From the NCBI GenBank assembly GCA_016927325.1, contig JAFGMY010000170.1, positions 1 through 58,956 on the forward strand: DNA of 58,956 nucleotides, read 5' to 3'. Every line of letters starts with the position of its first letter. The stretch's first letter is position 1. Source of the stretch: Actinomycetota bacterium (GTDB lineage Bacteria > Actinomycetota > Geothermincolia > Fen-727 > Anoxymicrobiaceae). The position numbers and the translations under genes were made by a program. The notes beneath the pieces were generated by a model, which did no database searches, had not been told where the DNA came from, and saw only the letters and a program-made list of their open reading frames with translations. Positions 20,546 through 30,317 of this stretch are shown here, one piece after another.

Positions 20546-21607
20546 TCAGATCCCGGCGTTCTCGAGCAGCAGGTCGAGGTCGATATTGTCTCTTACGATC
20601 TGTTTGATCGTGTCAATCTTTTTCCGGTTATGAAATCTCTGCTTGCCGATAGCATCGTCAACCAGTTCGGCGGTCGTTGCCGTATCGCACCTGACCATGA
20701 TTATCGGCACCCCCATTTCCTCGGCCTGTCCCAGAACCAGAGGGCTTGGCTTGTGTCCCCCGGTGAGGACGAGCGCCCTGGTGGAGGTCTCGAGCGCGGC
20801 AAGCTGAATATCGGCGCGGTCACCGCCGGTAACCACTACCTTGTTTGGGCGTTTGCGGAAAAGCTGAAGCGAGTGCTCCTGCCCCATGGCGCCTATCATC
20901 ATGGACTCCACCAGTTCTTCGCTCTTGTTCAGGGCGCTTATTATCTCGCCTCCGAGACCTTCCGCGAGGTCCCCTACGCTTATGGAGCGAAGGACTTTAT
21001 CTATATACACTTCTCCGTAGTACCCGATACTTTCTTTCAGAAAATATTCTTTCAAGCGGGTGTCGACGAACTTTCTCCTGGATTCAGGTACCCAGTTTAG
21101 TATCACCCCGAGGTACCTTTCTCCGAAGTAGTCGCAGCCCGCGAGCACCCGGTCGACCGAAAGGTCGTCGCTGTAGGTATCAAGAAGGACTATTCCGGCA
21201 TCGAACAGAGCGGACAGCTCGAGGGCGGAGAGACCGAAGAGTTTGCCGTCCACGAAGTTCTGTGCCCCTTCTATCAGGACGATATCCTTGCCTGCGGAAA
21301 TCTTCTCGTAGCAGCCGGCGACCTTCTTGCGTGGAACGGAACTTTTCTTCGCCAGGTATTTGTTCCTGGTTTCCCACGTAAGCACCAGCGGAGAGATATC
21401 GCCGATATCGTCTTTCAGGCCAAGGGCTTCCCGTGCGAAGCAGGCATCTTCGTCAACCCTGATATTACCGGCCTTTATGGGATAACAGCCAACCGGCTTC
21501 ATGTAACCGACGGAGAGCCCGCGTTCTTTGAGCACGGCGGCGATACCTACGGAGAAGGTGCTCTTGCCGGAGTACTGCTGTGACGAGGTTATGATTATTG
21601 CCTTCAA
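20546..21607 (-). CDS. Stand-alone phosphotransacetylase N-terminal-like protein (P-loop DTBS/CobQ-like domain plus DRTGG domain)
   Basis: P-loop SSQQYSGKST at the N-terminus. DRTGG-domain signature VVVTGGDRADIQLAAL. Lies 19 nt downstream of the ACD gene on the same strand. Confidence 0.7.
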   Translation of the reverse strand: MKAIIITSSQQYSGKSTFSVGIAAVLKERGLSVGYMKPVGCYPIKAGNIRVDEDACFAREALGLKDDIGDISPLVLTWETRNKYLAKKSSVPRKKVAGCYEKISAGKDIVLIEGAQNFVDGKLFGLSALELSALFDAGIVLLDTYSDDLSVDRVLAGCDYFGERYLGVILNWVPESRRKFVDTRLKEYFLKESIGYYGEVYIDKVLRSISVGDLAEGLGGEIISALNKSEELVESMMIGAMGQEHSLQLFRKRPNKVVVTGGDRADIQLAALETSTRALVLTGGHKPSPLVLGQAEEMGVPIIMVRCDTATTAELVDDAIGKQRFHNRKKIDTIKQIVRDNIDLDLLLENAGI

Positions 21608-21625
21608 GATGTCATCCCCTTTATG

Positions 21626-23764
21626 CTATCTCCCCCCGAGAGTCATTCTCACGTCCAGGCAGGTGCAGCCGTTGCCCGCAGTGTAGACCACGAGGGGATT
21701 AATGTCCATTTCACTCAAGTCGGGATTTTCCAGTGAAAGCTGGGATACCCTCAGAATCGTTTCTTCGACCGCTCTTATATCCGACGGCTCTTCCCCTCTT
21801 GATCCGGCGAGAAGTGTGAATGCGTTCAGTTCTTTCAGCATCTCTTCGGCGTCAAGGTCGGAAAGCGGGGCGATCCTGAAAGAAACGTCGCCGAATGCCT
21901 CCACGTATATTCCGCCGAACCCGACCATTACCATGGGTCCGAACTGGGGGTCCCTCACCATACCTGCTATCAGCTCTTTTCCTTCCTCCGCCATTTTCTG
22001 TATGCCTACCCCGGTAATCTGAGCACCGGGCATTCTGCGCTTGCAGTTGCTTATTATCTCCTCGAAACCGTCCTCCAGTTCGGCAGGGTTTTTAACTCCC
22101 AGCTTTATACCCCCGAAGTCCGTCTTGTGCAGAATCTGGGGAGAGACTATTTTCATTGCCACCGGGTACCCGATCGATCCGGCGATTTGAACCGCCTCCT
22201 CCATGTCCACCGCGATCTTAAACGGGACATAGTCTATTCCGTACGCGCCCATTACAACCCTGCACTCTTCAGGCCCTACCTGGTTCAGGCACTCGGCTTT
22301 GTACCTGCCGAACATCGTTTTGACCTTCGCGCGGTCGACTTCGAACCTGACCCGTTTGCCTCTGGGCGTTTTTTTCTGAACGGTCCTCTGGTAAGACCGC
22401 GCAAGGATATGAACAGCTTCGTCGGGGTACTTGATATTGGGTATCCCCGCTTTGTGAAGGATTGAAACAGCCGATTCGACCGACTTCGAACCCATGAAGG
22501 AACAGAAGACCGTTTTTCGCTTTCCGGAACAGTTTTCGATCAGAGTTTCAGCGGTTCGTTCGATTTCCGTCATGGCTTGAGGGGTGAGGATCACAAGCAG
22601 TGAGTCAACGTTCCTGTCGCCGAGCAATAAACTTGCCGCGCTTGCGTAACGGCCGGCGTCAGCGTCACCGAGAACGTCAACCGGGTTGTAGATATTCGAT
22701 TCATCCGGGAGGTGTTTCCTTAACCCCGACTCCGTTTTAGTTTCAAACGCGGCGAGAAAAAGTCCCTCGCGCTCGCAGGCGTCGGCCGCGATTATTCCCG
22801 GGCCGCCCGCATTTGTCAGGATTGCGACACGGGGGCCTTTCGGCACTTCCTGAGTGGCCAGGGCGCTTGCCAGTTCGACGAACTCCTCCATAGTGGTGGC
22901 ACGTAATGCCTCTGCCTGTCTGCAAACAGCGTTGTACGCGCTGTCGCTTCCCGCCAGTGCTCCTGTGTGGGATGAGGCGGCCCTCGCGCCGGCCTGGGTG
23001 GTACCCGCCTTAAAGATGATGACCGGCTTCTTCCGGGTAGCTTTTCCGAGCTCGCGCATGAACTTCTTGCCGTTCGACACTCCCTCGAGATAAGCGGTTA
23101 TCACCTTTGTCTCGGCGTCGTCGGCGAGAGCTGAGATGAAGTCGCTTTCGGCAAGGTCGGCGCTGTTTCCCAGGCTTATCATCTTTGAAAAGCCGATCGA
23201 CTTCTCGCCGGCCCAATCCAGAAGAGAGGTGCAGACCGCCCCGGACTGGCTTATGACCCCAATCGATCCTTTTGGAGACATCATCCTGGAAAAGGTCGCG
23301 TTCAGGGGGAGGCTGGTGTTCATGACCCCCAGGCAGTTCGGCCCGAGTATCCTCATGCCCCGCCGTCGGCCTATGGACACAAGATCATTTTCCAGCCGCC
23401 TTCCCTCGACCCCTGCTTCACGGAAGCCCGCGGAAATCACTATTGATCCTCTCACTCCTTTTTCCGCGCACTCCGCCACGACTTCCGGAACCGACCGGGC
23501 CGGGACGATAATCACGGCGAGATCGACGTTACCGGGTACTGAGCCGATATCAGGGTGGCAGGCGACACCGGCAATTTCCGAAGTACCGGGATTTACCGGA
23601 AAGACCTTCCCCGGAAAGCCGGCTTCAAGGATGTTCATCAACACCACGTTCCCCACCTTGCCGGCATGCGCCGTGGCGCCGATTACCGCGAGTGACCTCG
23701 GGTTGAATAACCAGCTTCTTAAATCTTTTACGCTGTCTCGCCTGGGGGTTCTGTTTTCAGCCAT
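21626..23764 (-). CDS. Acetate--CoA ligase (ADP-forming), fused alpha/beta (ACD family)
   Basis: CoA-binding Rossmann domain SLAVIGATAHAGKVGN, succinyl-CoA-synthetase-like ligase domain with phosphohistidine segment ASSHTGALAG, and a C-terminal ATP-grasp. 712 aa. Stop codon is TAG. Confidence 0.9.
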   Translation of the reverse strand: MAENRTPRRDSVKDLRSWLFNPRSLAVIGATAHAGKVGNVVLMNILEAGFPGKVFPVNPGTSEIAGVACHPDIGSVPGNVDLAVIIVPARSVPEVVAECAEKGVRGSIVISAGFREAGVEGRRLENDLVSIGRRRGMRILGPNCLGVMNTSLPLNATFSRMMSPKGSIGVISQSGAVCTSLLDWAGEKSIGFSKMISLGNSADLAESDFISALADDAETKVITAYLEGVSNGKKFMRELGKATRKKPVIIFKAGTTQAGARAASSHTGALAGSDSAYNAVCRQAEALRATTMEEFVELASALATQEVPKGPRVAILTNAGGPGIIAADACEREGLFLAAFETKTESGLRKHLPDESNIYNPVDVLGDADAGRYASAASLLLGDRNVDSLLVILTPQAMTEIERTAETLIENCSGKRKTVFCSFMGSKSVESAVSILHKAGIPNIKYPDEAVHILARSYQRTVQKKTPRGKRVRFEVDRAKVKTMFGRYKAECLNQVGPEECRVVMGAYGIDYVPFKIAVDMEEAVQIAGSIGYPVAMKIVSPQILHKTDFGGIKLGVKNPAELEDGFEEIISNCKRRMPGAQITGVGIQKMAEEGKELIAGMVRDPQFGPMVMVGFGGIYVEAFGDVSFRIAPLSDLDAEEMLKELNAFTLLAGSRGEEPSDIRAVEETILRVSQLSLENPDLSEMDINPLVVYTAGNGCTCLDVRMTLGGR

Positions 23765-23972
23765 AACAGCTCTGTTCTTCTAAATTCCCGCAATTGTGCA
23801 CAATAAACTGCTAATGCTTATTAAACAGTAAAACCACTATAATTAAAATCGGGTTCACGTGCGAAAGCGGTCATCAAGACGGTGCGGTCTTGATAGACGC
23901 GCCGGTTTTTGTCATCTTGCCGCCTGCTTAGAAATCAGAGTAGAGAGGGGTAAAATCATTGAAAGACGGCCG

Positions 23973-25355
23973 ATGAAAGGATTGAAAATGCGGAATCTGT
24001 CCGATCAGGTGAACCCAAGCCGGGTCAGGCGGCTTAACCGGTCGGCCGGCAAGGAAGGGCCGGTTATCTACTGGATGAGCCGGGACCAGCGTGCTTCAAG
24101 CAACTGGGCTCTTCAGTTTGCCCTTGAGACAGCCGAGCGTGGCGGGACATTCGTTGTTGTTGCTTTCTGCCTTGCGCCGGAGTTCCTCGGTGCCGCTTTC
24201 CGCCAGTACCATTTTATGATTGAAGGATTAAAGGAAGTTGAACAGTCTCTTGCGGAAAAGAACATCCCCTTTTACCTGCAGGCCGGGAATCCGGTAGAAA
24301 GGTTGCCCGAGTTGATTCGGCAGTTGAGGGCCGGGACCATGGTGTGTGAATTCGATCCGTTGAGGATAAGAAAAGCCTGGAAGAACGGGATCGTGAAGAA
24401 CGCGGATGTGGCAATCTACGAGGTCGATGCTCATAACATGGTACCGTGTCTTGAAGCATCGGACAGGCAGGAGTATTCGGCGCGTACTTTCAGAAAAAAG
24501 CTCGGTAAAAAACTGGGCGGGTTTATCGAGCGGTACCCGGGGTCCGAAGGTCAGAAGAAGGCCGCGGCGGACCTGGCCGACACGGTAGACTGGAACAGGA
24601 TAGAATCGAGACTTGAGGTTGACAGGGCCGTGCCCGCTGTTGAGTGGTTGAAGCCGGGCACCGGCGAGGGCTTGAAGACACTGGCACGGTTTCTCGAAAA
24701 CGGCCTGACCGGGTATGCAAGGCAGTCAAACAATCCGAACGGTGAAGCGAGGTCGGACCTCTCCCCTTATCTTCATTTCGGGCAGGTGTCCGCAGCGGAT
24801 GTATTCCATGAGGTCTCACTTGCGGATGTTCCTGAAGAAGACAAGGAGGCTTTCCTGGAGGAGCTTCTCGTAAGGCGCGAGTTGTCCGATAACTTCTGTT
24901 TCTACAACAGCCACTACGACAGCGTAAAGGGTTTTCCGGATTGGGCAGGCGCGACCCTTAAAGCGCACGAGGGGGACCCGCGTCCGTATGTCTACACCAG
25001 GAGCCAGCTGGAATCGGGGGATACGCATGACGAGTTATGGAACGCGGCCCAGTTGGAGATGTTAAAGACGGGCAAGATGCATGGTTATATTCGGATGTAC
25101 TGGGCGAAGAAGATCCTCGAGTGGTCGCGGACTCCAGCCCGGGCGCTTCAAACAGCGGTCTATCTGAACGACAGGTACGAGCTGGACGGCCGGGACCCGA
25201 ACGGGTATACGGGGATCGCGTGGTCGATAGGCGGCGTGCATGACCGTGCATGGAAGGAGCGCGGCGTGTTCGGGAAGGTAAGGTACATGAGTTACGCGGG
25301 ATGCGGGCGCAAGTTTGATATCGATAAATATGTATCCAGGGTCCAGAACATGTAG
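23973..25355 (+). CDS. phr: Deoxyribodipyrimidine photolyase, class II
   Basis: GPVIYWMSRDQRASSNWALQFA and WNAAQLEMLKTGKMHGYIRMYWAKKILEW are class II CPD photolyase signatures. The listed ORF starts at 23859, but the first 38 codons look non-homologous, so the start was placed at ATG 23973 (or 23988). Confidence 0.85.
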   Translation: MKGLKMRNLSDQVNPSRVRRLNRSAGKEGPVIYWMSRDQRASSNWALQFALETAERGGTFVVVAFCLAPEFLGAAFRQYHFMIEGLKEVEQSLAEKNIPFYLQAGNPVERLPELIRQLRAGTMVCEFDPLRIRKAWKNGIVKNADVAIYEVDAHNMVPCLEASDRQEYSARTFRKKLGKKLGGFIERYPGSEGQKKAAADLADTVDWNRIESRLEVDRAVPAVEWLKPGTGEGLKTLARFLENGLTGYARQSNNPNGEARSDLSPYLHFGQVSAADVFHEVSLADVPEEDKEAFLEELLVRRELSDNFCFYNSHYDSVKGFPDWAGATLKAHEGDPRPYVYTRSQLESGDTHDELWNAAQLEMLKTGKMHGYIRMYWAKKILEWSRTPARALQTAVYLNDRYELDGRDPNGYTGIAWSIGGVHDRAWKERGVFGKVRYMSYAGCGRKFDIDKYVSRVQNM

Positions 25356-25514
25356 CGGCTTCTCCGTTCAGGAAACCCGTAAAATTACGGGAGGGGAAAC
25401 ATGCGGCTCTCAGTCTATCCGGGGTAAATGTTTCACAACTCACCTTTTCCTTCGCTACCCCCGGAAACACAACGAGGGACGTTCACCCCGGCAATTTAAC
25501 CTATAATCATTCAA

Positions 25515-26594
25515 ATGGGCGATATGGAACAAGCCGAAACTAAAGCGGGTGTCCCCACCCGGAGGAACATCGCCAGGGGGTTGATCGTCGCGTTGTCGGT
25601 CAGCGCGCTGGCGGTACTGGTTATTCTCGCCTGCACAATGGACGGTTCAACCTGGGATGCCGTATCAAGGATAAGCCCGGTCTTTCTGGTCCTTGCGCTC
25701 GGGGTTATGATCGTCAAGTGGGCGGCCAACACCTGCCGCACTTATATCCTGACTAAAGCTTCAGGTGCTCATGTAAGTTTCTTCAAGGCCGTCAAGGTGG
25801 TGTTCTCCGGCACATTCACCGGTGCCGTGACGCCTTTTCATGTGGCCGGCATCCCCACCGAGATCTATTTCCTGAGCGTTTATGATATTCCCGCCGCCCA
25901 GTCGACAGCGGTAATAACCACCGGAACGGTAATGTCGGTGACTCTCTTTGTCATCATGGCGCCGGTGGTTCTACTGATTGCGGGGGCGAGGGTGGACGCC
26001 CACTTCGGTATCCGGACCCTTCTGGTGGGTGCGGGAATAATTGCGGTGTTGTTTCTTCTCGCCGTCATCTACTCGATGGGAGACCCTCACAGGATGGCCA
26101 ATACCATTATCCGGAGGACCCCTGGAAGGCTGAAGAAGAGAACGTGGTTTGAGAACGGGGTAAAAAGATTCTTCGACGCTGTCGCGCACTTTTCCGAGAG
26201 CCTTCATACCATACTTCACTACAGGAGGAGATACCTTGTCGCCGCTTCTTTTCTGACACTCGTCCTGTGGGGCTCAGTGGTATTCGTTACACCGTTTATT
26301 TTGTGGGGACTCGGTTATCCCGAGCTTTTCTGGAAAGGTTTCATGGCCCAACTTGTGGTGTCGTACCTCCTGCCTTTCGTACCGGTTCCCGGAGAAAGCG
26401 GCTTTGCTGAAGCTACCTTCGCCGGCGTCTTCGCGATATTCGTTCCCGAGAACCTTGTCGGGGTTCTTGCGTTGATGTGGAGGTTCTATACATTTTACCT
26501 GCCGCTGGTGCTGTCGGGAGTGGCTTTCCTTCTTGCGCTCAGGGACTCAAACCGGAGGCTCAAGAGATCTGCGGAGAGCAAACCGGCCGTGTAA
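25515..26594 (+). CDS. Flippase-like membrane protein (LPG_synthase_TM / UPF0104 family)
   Basis: About 8 TM helices. The N-terminal basic segment followed by LxxVxxxxLLLALxxxxxKW is typical of PF03706. Confidence 0.55.
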   Translation: MGDMEQAETKAGVPTRRNIARGLIVALSVSALAVLVILACTMDGSTWDAVSRISPVFLVLALGVMIVKWAANTCRTYILTKASGAHVSFFKAVKVVFSGTFTGAVTPFHVAGIPTEIYFLSVYDIPAAQSTAVITTGTVMSVTLFVIMAPVVLLIAGARVDAHFGIRTLLVGAGIIAVLFLLAVIYSMGDPHRMANTIIRRTPGRLKKRTWFENGVKRFFDAVAHFSESLHTILHYRRRYLVAASFLTLVLWGSVVFVTPFILWGLGYPELFWKGFMAQLVVSYLLPFVPVPGESGFAEATFAGVFAIFVPENLVGVLALMWRFYTFYLPLVLSGVAFLLALRDSNRRLKRSAESKPAV

Positions 26595-26745
26595 TCGCCG
26601 ACCACCGGCAAATGATTATCGTACATTATGGGTTTTTAAAAGGTGAACAGTATGTCAGTGGTGAATATAACCAGGCAAATCTGCAAAAGGCATTATTGTT
26701 TTCCTGATTTGTGAAACAGTTGCGGTGCCGATACGTTTCGGCTGA

Positions 26746-26931
26746 ATGAAAGGAGACGGGCGATTGCTTAAGAGGCTTAGAACGGTAATATTCTTTCTTG
26801 GTGTTACGCATTTCATCGAAGCCACAGCCGCGATTTTTGTCGCGAGAAAGAAGGGCGAGAACCCGGTTGTCTGCTTCGGCAAGACCCTTTTCATGGGAGT
26901 ATTCTTCCTGATGCCACTGATAAGAAAATAA
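26746..26931 (+). CDS. Hypothetical small membrane protein
   Basis: 61 aa with two hydrophobic helices. AAAGGAG overlaps the listed start. Weak support only. Confidence 0.25.
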   Translation: MKGDGRLLKRLRTVIFFLGVTHFIEATAAIFVARKKGENPVVCFGKTLFMGVFFLMPLIRK

Positions 26932-26987
26932 GATAAAGATAAACTGTCACCGGGCGACATGCCATCATAACATTCAAGGATCATCTC

Positions 26988-29189
26988 TTACCTTATCAGC
27001 ACTCTGTCAAGGAGCGACTGCCATTTGCTCTGCTTTGTGGTGCTGTCTTCCCGGGTGATTAATACGGCACAGTCCGTTTCCAGAATCACCTGCTCCACAA
27101 ATGATCCGAGCGGATTGCCCATAATATTTACTCTGGGAGGGCTTCCTATGATAAGGAGGTCGCACTCCCTTGCTCTTTCTATTATCTTCTTCGGGGCGTT
27201 GTCGGACAGGACCACCTCCGGGCTGACTGAATGACCGGCCAGATCGGCCATCGACTCTATCTGCCTTACCAGGTCTCCCTGTGTAAACTCACGGGTGCGT
27301 TCGGGGAACACCATGAAGACGGTGACTTCCGCTTTCGTCTCGTTTGCGAATATGCTGGCAAGCTGGAGTTTCAGATCGTGATGGGGATGTGCCGCGGCGA
27401 CCAGGATCTTCTTGAGAGGAAACATGGGCCGGTTGACCAGTATTGCCAGGTCGCACGGCATTCTGCGGAGAACCGAAGAGAACTCGGAGTGTATCGCGCC
27501 TGTCATCGGCGGCCACTCCATCAGGGCAAGGTTAGCCTCGTTGGCGCCGGCGCAGTCAATGAACCCGCAGTCCCGGCTCGGAGCATAAATAGTCGCCATA
27601 TCGAAACGCGCCTTCATCTTGTCTTCCATGGAAAGGAGGTAGCTCTTGAGATCCAGGTCCATGAGATTTTCCTCCGCGGCATAGGCCAGAGTCTGTGAAG
27701 GCATCTCGGCGCAGTAAATCATTCTCGCCCTGTCCTTGTAATGTTTGGCAAGGTAACCCGCAAGAATAAGGAGTTGCATCGGGACCTGGGTGAACCATAT
27801 CGGCACTACGAGACGGGTAGGTTTGCCGATGGAGTTACCGTAATCCACCAAAGCCAGCTGGGAAAGGGATTTCTGCCTCAGGGTACGGAGGGCATCCCGT
27901 AATCCATAGTCCGGCAGCGCCTTTCCCCTGCCGTAGAGATAAAACCACGCGGCGCCGAAAAGGATGAGTGAAACAGCGGTTACTATGGAGGCCAGACCCA
28001 TAAACGGGATGAAGACCGCGCTGCCCAGAATACCCGCTATCTGTATCCAGGGATAGAGCGGCGAGCGAAACTCCGGCCTGTACCAGGCGGGATATGTCTT
28101 TCTGAGAATAATCACCGAGCTGTTCACCAGGATAAACAGCAGAATATTGAAAGTGCTCCCCAGCTTGGCGATATTTTCAAGGTTGACCGTCAGGATAAGG
28201 CCGCACATGAAGACACCCATTACCAGGATCGAGCGTGAAGGCGTTTTGGTGACCTTGTTAATCCGTGCAATCCACTCCGGCATCAGGTTGTCCCTGCCCA
28301 TAGCCAGGGAGTACCGGGGAGAAGTAAGCAGCACGCCGTTGCCTGTGGAAAGGGTCGCCAGCAATCCGCACAGGACGATCACGACTGTGCCGATGGGACC
28401 CGCCACTGTTTCCGCGGCGTCCACCAGGGGAGTAAGGGTGCTGGAAAGCTTGCCGGCCGGGATGAGCCCTTCCGTGACAAACATCACGAGCGAATAGAGT
28501 ATGGTAACACCGATAATCGAGGAAAGAATGCCTAGCGGAAGGTTGCGGCCAGGGTCCCTCACCTCTTCCGCGATAGCCGAGGCGGACACAAGGCCCAGGT
28601 AGGTTATGAAAACCATACCGGTTGCCTCCATGAAGGAAAAGAAACCGCCGCGGAAAAACGGCTGAAAGTTCGAAGGATGAATGGAGAACATGCCGCGTGC
28701 GATGAACAGTGCGAAGATGAACAGTAGAAAAAAGACAACGATGTTCTGAAGTATTCCGCTTTTTCGCGTTCCGGATATATTCACAAGCATGAACAGGATG
28801 CAAAACGCTACCGCGAAGAACAGCGGCTTTACGGACACCAGGGCGTTGAGATAGTCACCCGCGCCGACAAAGGCGAAGGCACCCTTGAACGCGAGTCCGA
28901 AGATCGCTCCCCAGCCGATGATGGAGCCGAACAGCGGTCCCATCGATCTGCTTATGAAATAATAACCGCCTCCGGACATCGGCAGGCCGGTTGAAAGCTC
29001 ACAGATGCTCAGCGCCGCGCAGGACGCGATGATGCCCGCGATGACAAAGCAGAGTAATGAAGCGGGACCGGCTTTAGCCGAAACCAGTCCCGGGAGAAGA
29101 AAGATGCCCGCGCCGATAAGGGTTCCGGAGCAGATGGTGAAAACCTCGGTGGCTCCCAAGTGCTTTCCAAGGGTAACAGTCTCTTCCAT
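26988..29189 (-). CDS. APC-superfamily amino acid/polyamine permease fused to C-terminal tandem universal-stress-protein (USP) domains
   Basis: The N-terminal ~440 aa carry 12 TM helices with an APC-like GAGIFLLPG motif. The C-terminal ~290 aa have USP-like ends (LLIIGSPPR...GSFVEQVILETDCAVLITRE). Confidence 0.8.
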   Translation of the reverse strand: MEETVTLGKHLGATEVFTICSGTLIGAGIFLLPGLVSAKAGPASLLCFVIAGIIASCAALSICELSTGLPMSGGGYYFISRSMGPLFGSIIGWGAIFGLAFKGAFAFVGAGDYLNALVSVKPLFFAVAFCILFMLVNISGTRKSGILQNIVVFFLLFIFALFIARGMFSIHPSNFQPFFRGGFFSFMEATGMVFITYLGLVSASAIAEEVRDPGRNLPLGILSSIIGVTILYSLVMFVTEGLIPAGKLSSTLTPLVDAAETVAGPIGTVVIVLCGLLATLSTGNGVLLTSPRYSLAMGRDNLMPEWIARINKVTKTPSRSILVMGVFMCGLILTVNLENIAKLGSTFNILLFILVNSSVIILRKTYPAWYRPEFRSPLYPWIQIAGILGSAVFIPFMGLASIVTAVSLILFGAAWFYLYGRGKALPDYGLRDALRTLRQKSLSQLALVDYGNSIGKPTRLVVPIWFTQVPMQLLILAGYLAKHYKDRARMIYCAEMPSQTLAYAAEENLMDLDLKSYLLSMEDKMKARFDMATIYAPSRDCGFIDCAGANEANLALMEWPPMTGAIHSEFSSVLRRMPCDLAILVNRPMFPLKKILVAAAHPHHDLKLQLASIFANETKAEVTVFMVFPERTREFTQGDLVRQIESMADLAGHSVSPEVVLSDNAPKKIIERARECDLLIIGSPPRVNIMGNPLGSFVEQVILETDCAVLITREDSTTKQSKWQSLLDRVLIR

Positions 29190-29509
29190 TTACAGTCCTT
29201 CTGAATGGGCCTTCTTTAAAAACTAATAATAGAAATACGAAATAATTCCGCCAGATACCGGTGGATGAAACCATGTTCATGTGGTCTTTCAAATAAGAGT
29301 TCCAATAACAGAGAAGGCCCCCCTTTAATTTTGTAAATAATGTGTGTATCGCAATTATTTATGCGCACGTATGCGTCGGCGGAAAAACCCATTATTCCCG
29401 CACCGATGCCGGTGATGGATTCTACCGCGGCTCGTCTTCTGTAAGGCGGGAATCCTATCGCCGCGCAGTGCGGTGGAAGCAGATGAAGAACTTTTACCCG
29501 AAGTGAAAG

Positions 29510-30232
29510 TCAGTATTCCAGCTTATTCACAGTATCCCCGATGGTACTGGCGAAAAGACAGGCGCCTTCCCGGTTGAAGTGAACGCCGTCGATGGTAAGC
29601 TTCAGCCCTCGCCGCCCGCAGATTCTATCCAGCCCTCTTTCCGAGAAAGTATACAGCGAATCGGTGAAAGCACCGTGGAGCTTGTCCTGGAAATACGGGC
29701 TGGGGCGCTCCTCCCTCCCGAGGACTTCGTCGAACGCTGCTCCGGTATCCGCAAGAATAACCCCATGCTCTCCGGCCAGTTCGCTTATGACCGCGTTGAG
29801 GTCTTTCCTTGTTTTGTTAGGCCCGCTGTCCAGGTCTTCACCGACGCAGGTGATGGTTGTGATTACAAGTGCCGGAACAGCAGACTTCACCTTGTTGATG
29901 GTATCCGAATAGAGCGTTTTGAAATCATGGATGTCCTCGGCTGGAGGATTGCCCCTTTTCAGTATGCGGCCTGCCAGAACGGCCCAGATCCCGCCCCGGT
30001 CGCGCAAAACGGGCAACAAAACGTCGTTGATCCCGGCTTCGATGACTACCACGTCAGCCCGCAGTCCGCCGAGGAGCCCATGAAGGCGCTTGCTCACTCC
30101 GGCCAGCGGGTCTCCACCCACAAAATCGGCGCATACCGTATAGTCATCCAGCATGCCGTCCAGCACCTTCGTAAAGTTGATAAGAGGAGGACCACCCGCG
30201 AGGCTGTCTCCAACTATCTGTATTCTTTTCAT
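29510..30232 (-). CDS. SGNH/GDSL-family hydrolase
   Basis: Block I IQIVGDSLAGG and block V DGVHFN. Start placed at MKRIQIVGDS (ATG 30232). Confidence 0.8.
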   Translation of the reverse strand: MKRIQIVGDSLAGGPPLINFTKVLDGMLDDYTVCADFVGGDPLAGVSKRLHGLLGGLRADVVVIEAGINDVLLPVLRDRGGIWAVLAGRILKRGNPPAEDIHDFKTLYSDTINKVKSAVPALVITTITCVGEDLDSGPNKTRKDLNAVISELAGEHGVILADTGAAFDEVLGREERPSPYFQDKLHGAFTDSLYTFSERGLDRICGRRGLKLTIDGVHFNREGACLFASTIGDTVNKLEY

Positions 30233-30317
30233 ATAACGACCCTTCCGGGATTGAAATATTATGCAAAGGGTAAACAACTGCAGTTTAAATCATGAATGTT
30301 ATTGGCGCCGGAAGCAA

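Noticed and set aside
29190-29509. Possible amino-acid riboswitch in the 320-nt region upstream of the APC permease gene
   Set aside because: I could not match the lysine, glycine or SAM riboswitch cores by eye, and found only generic small hairpins. The question stays open pending cmscan.
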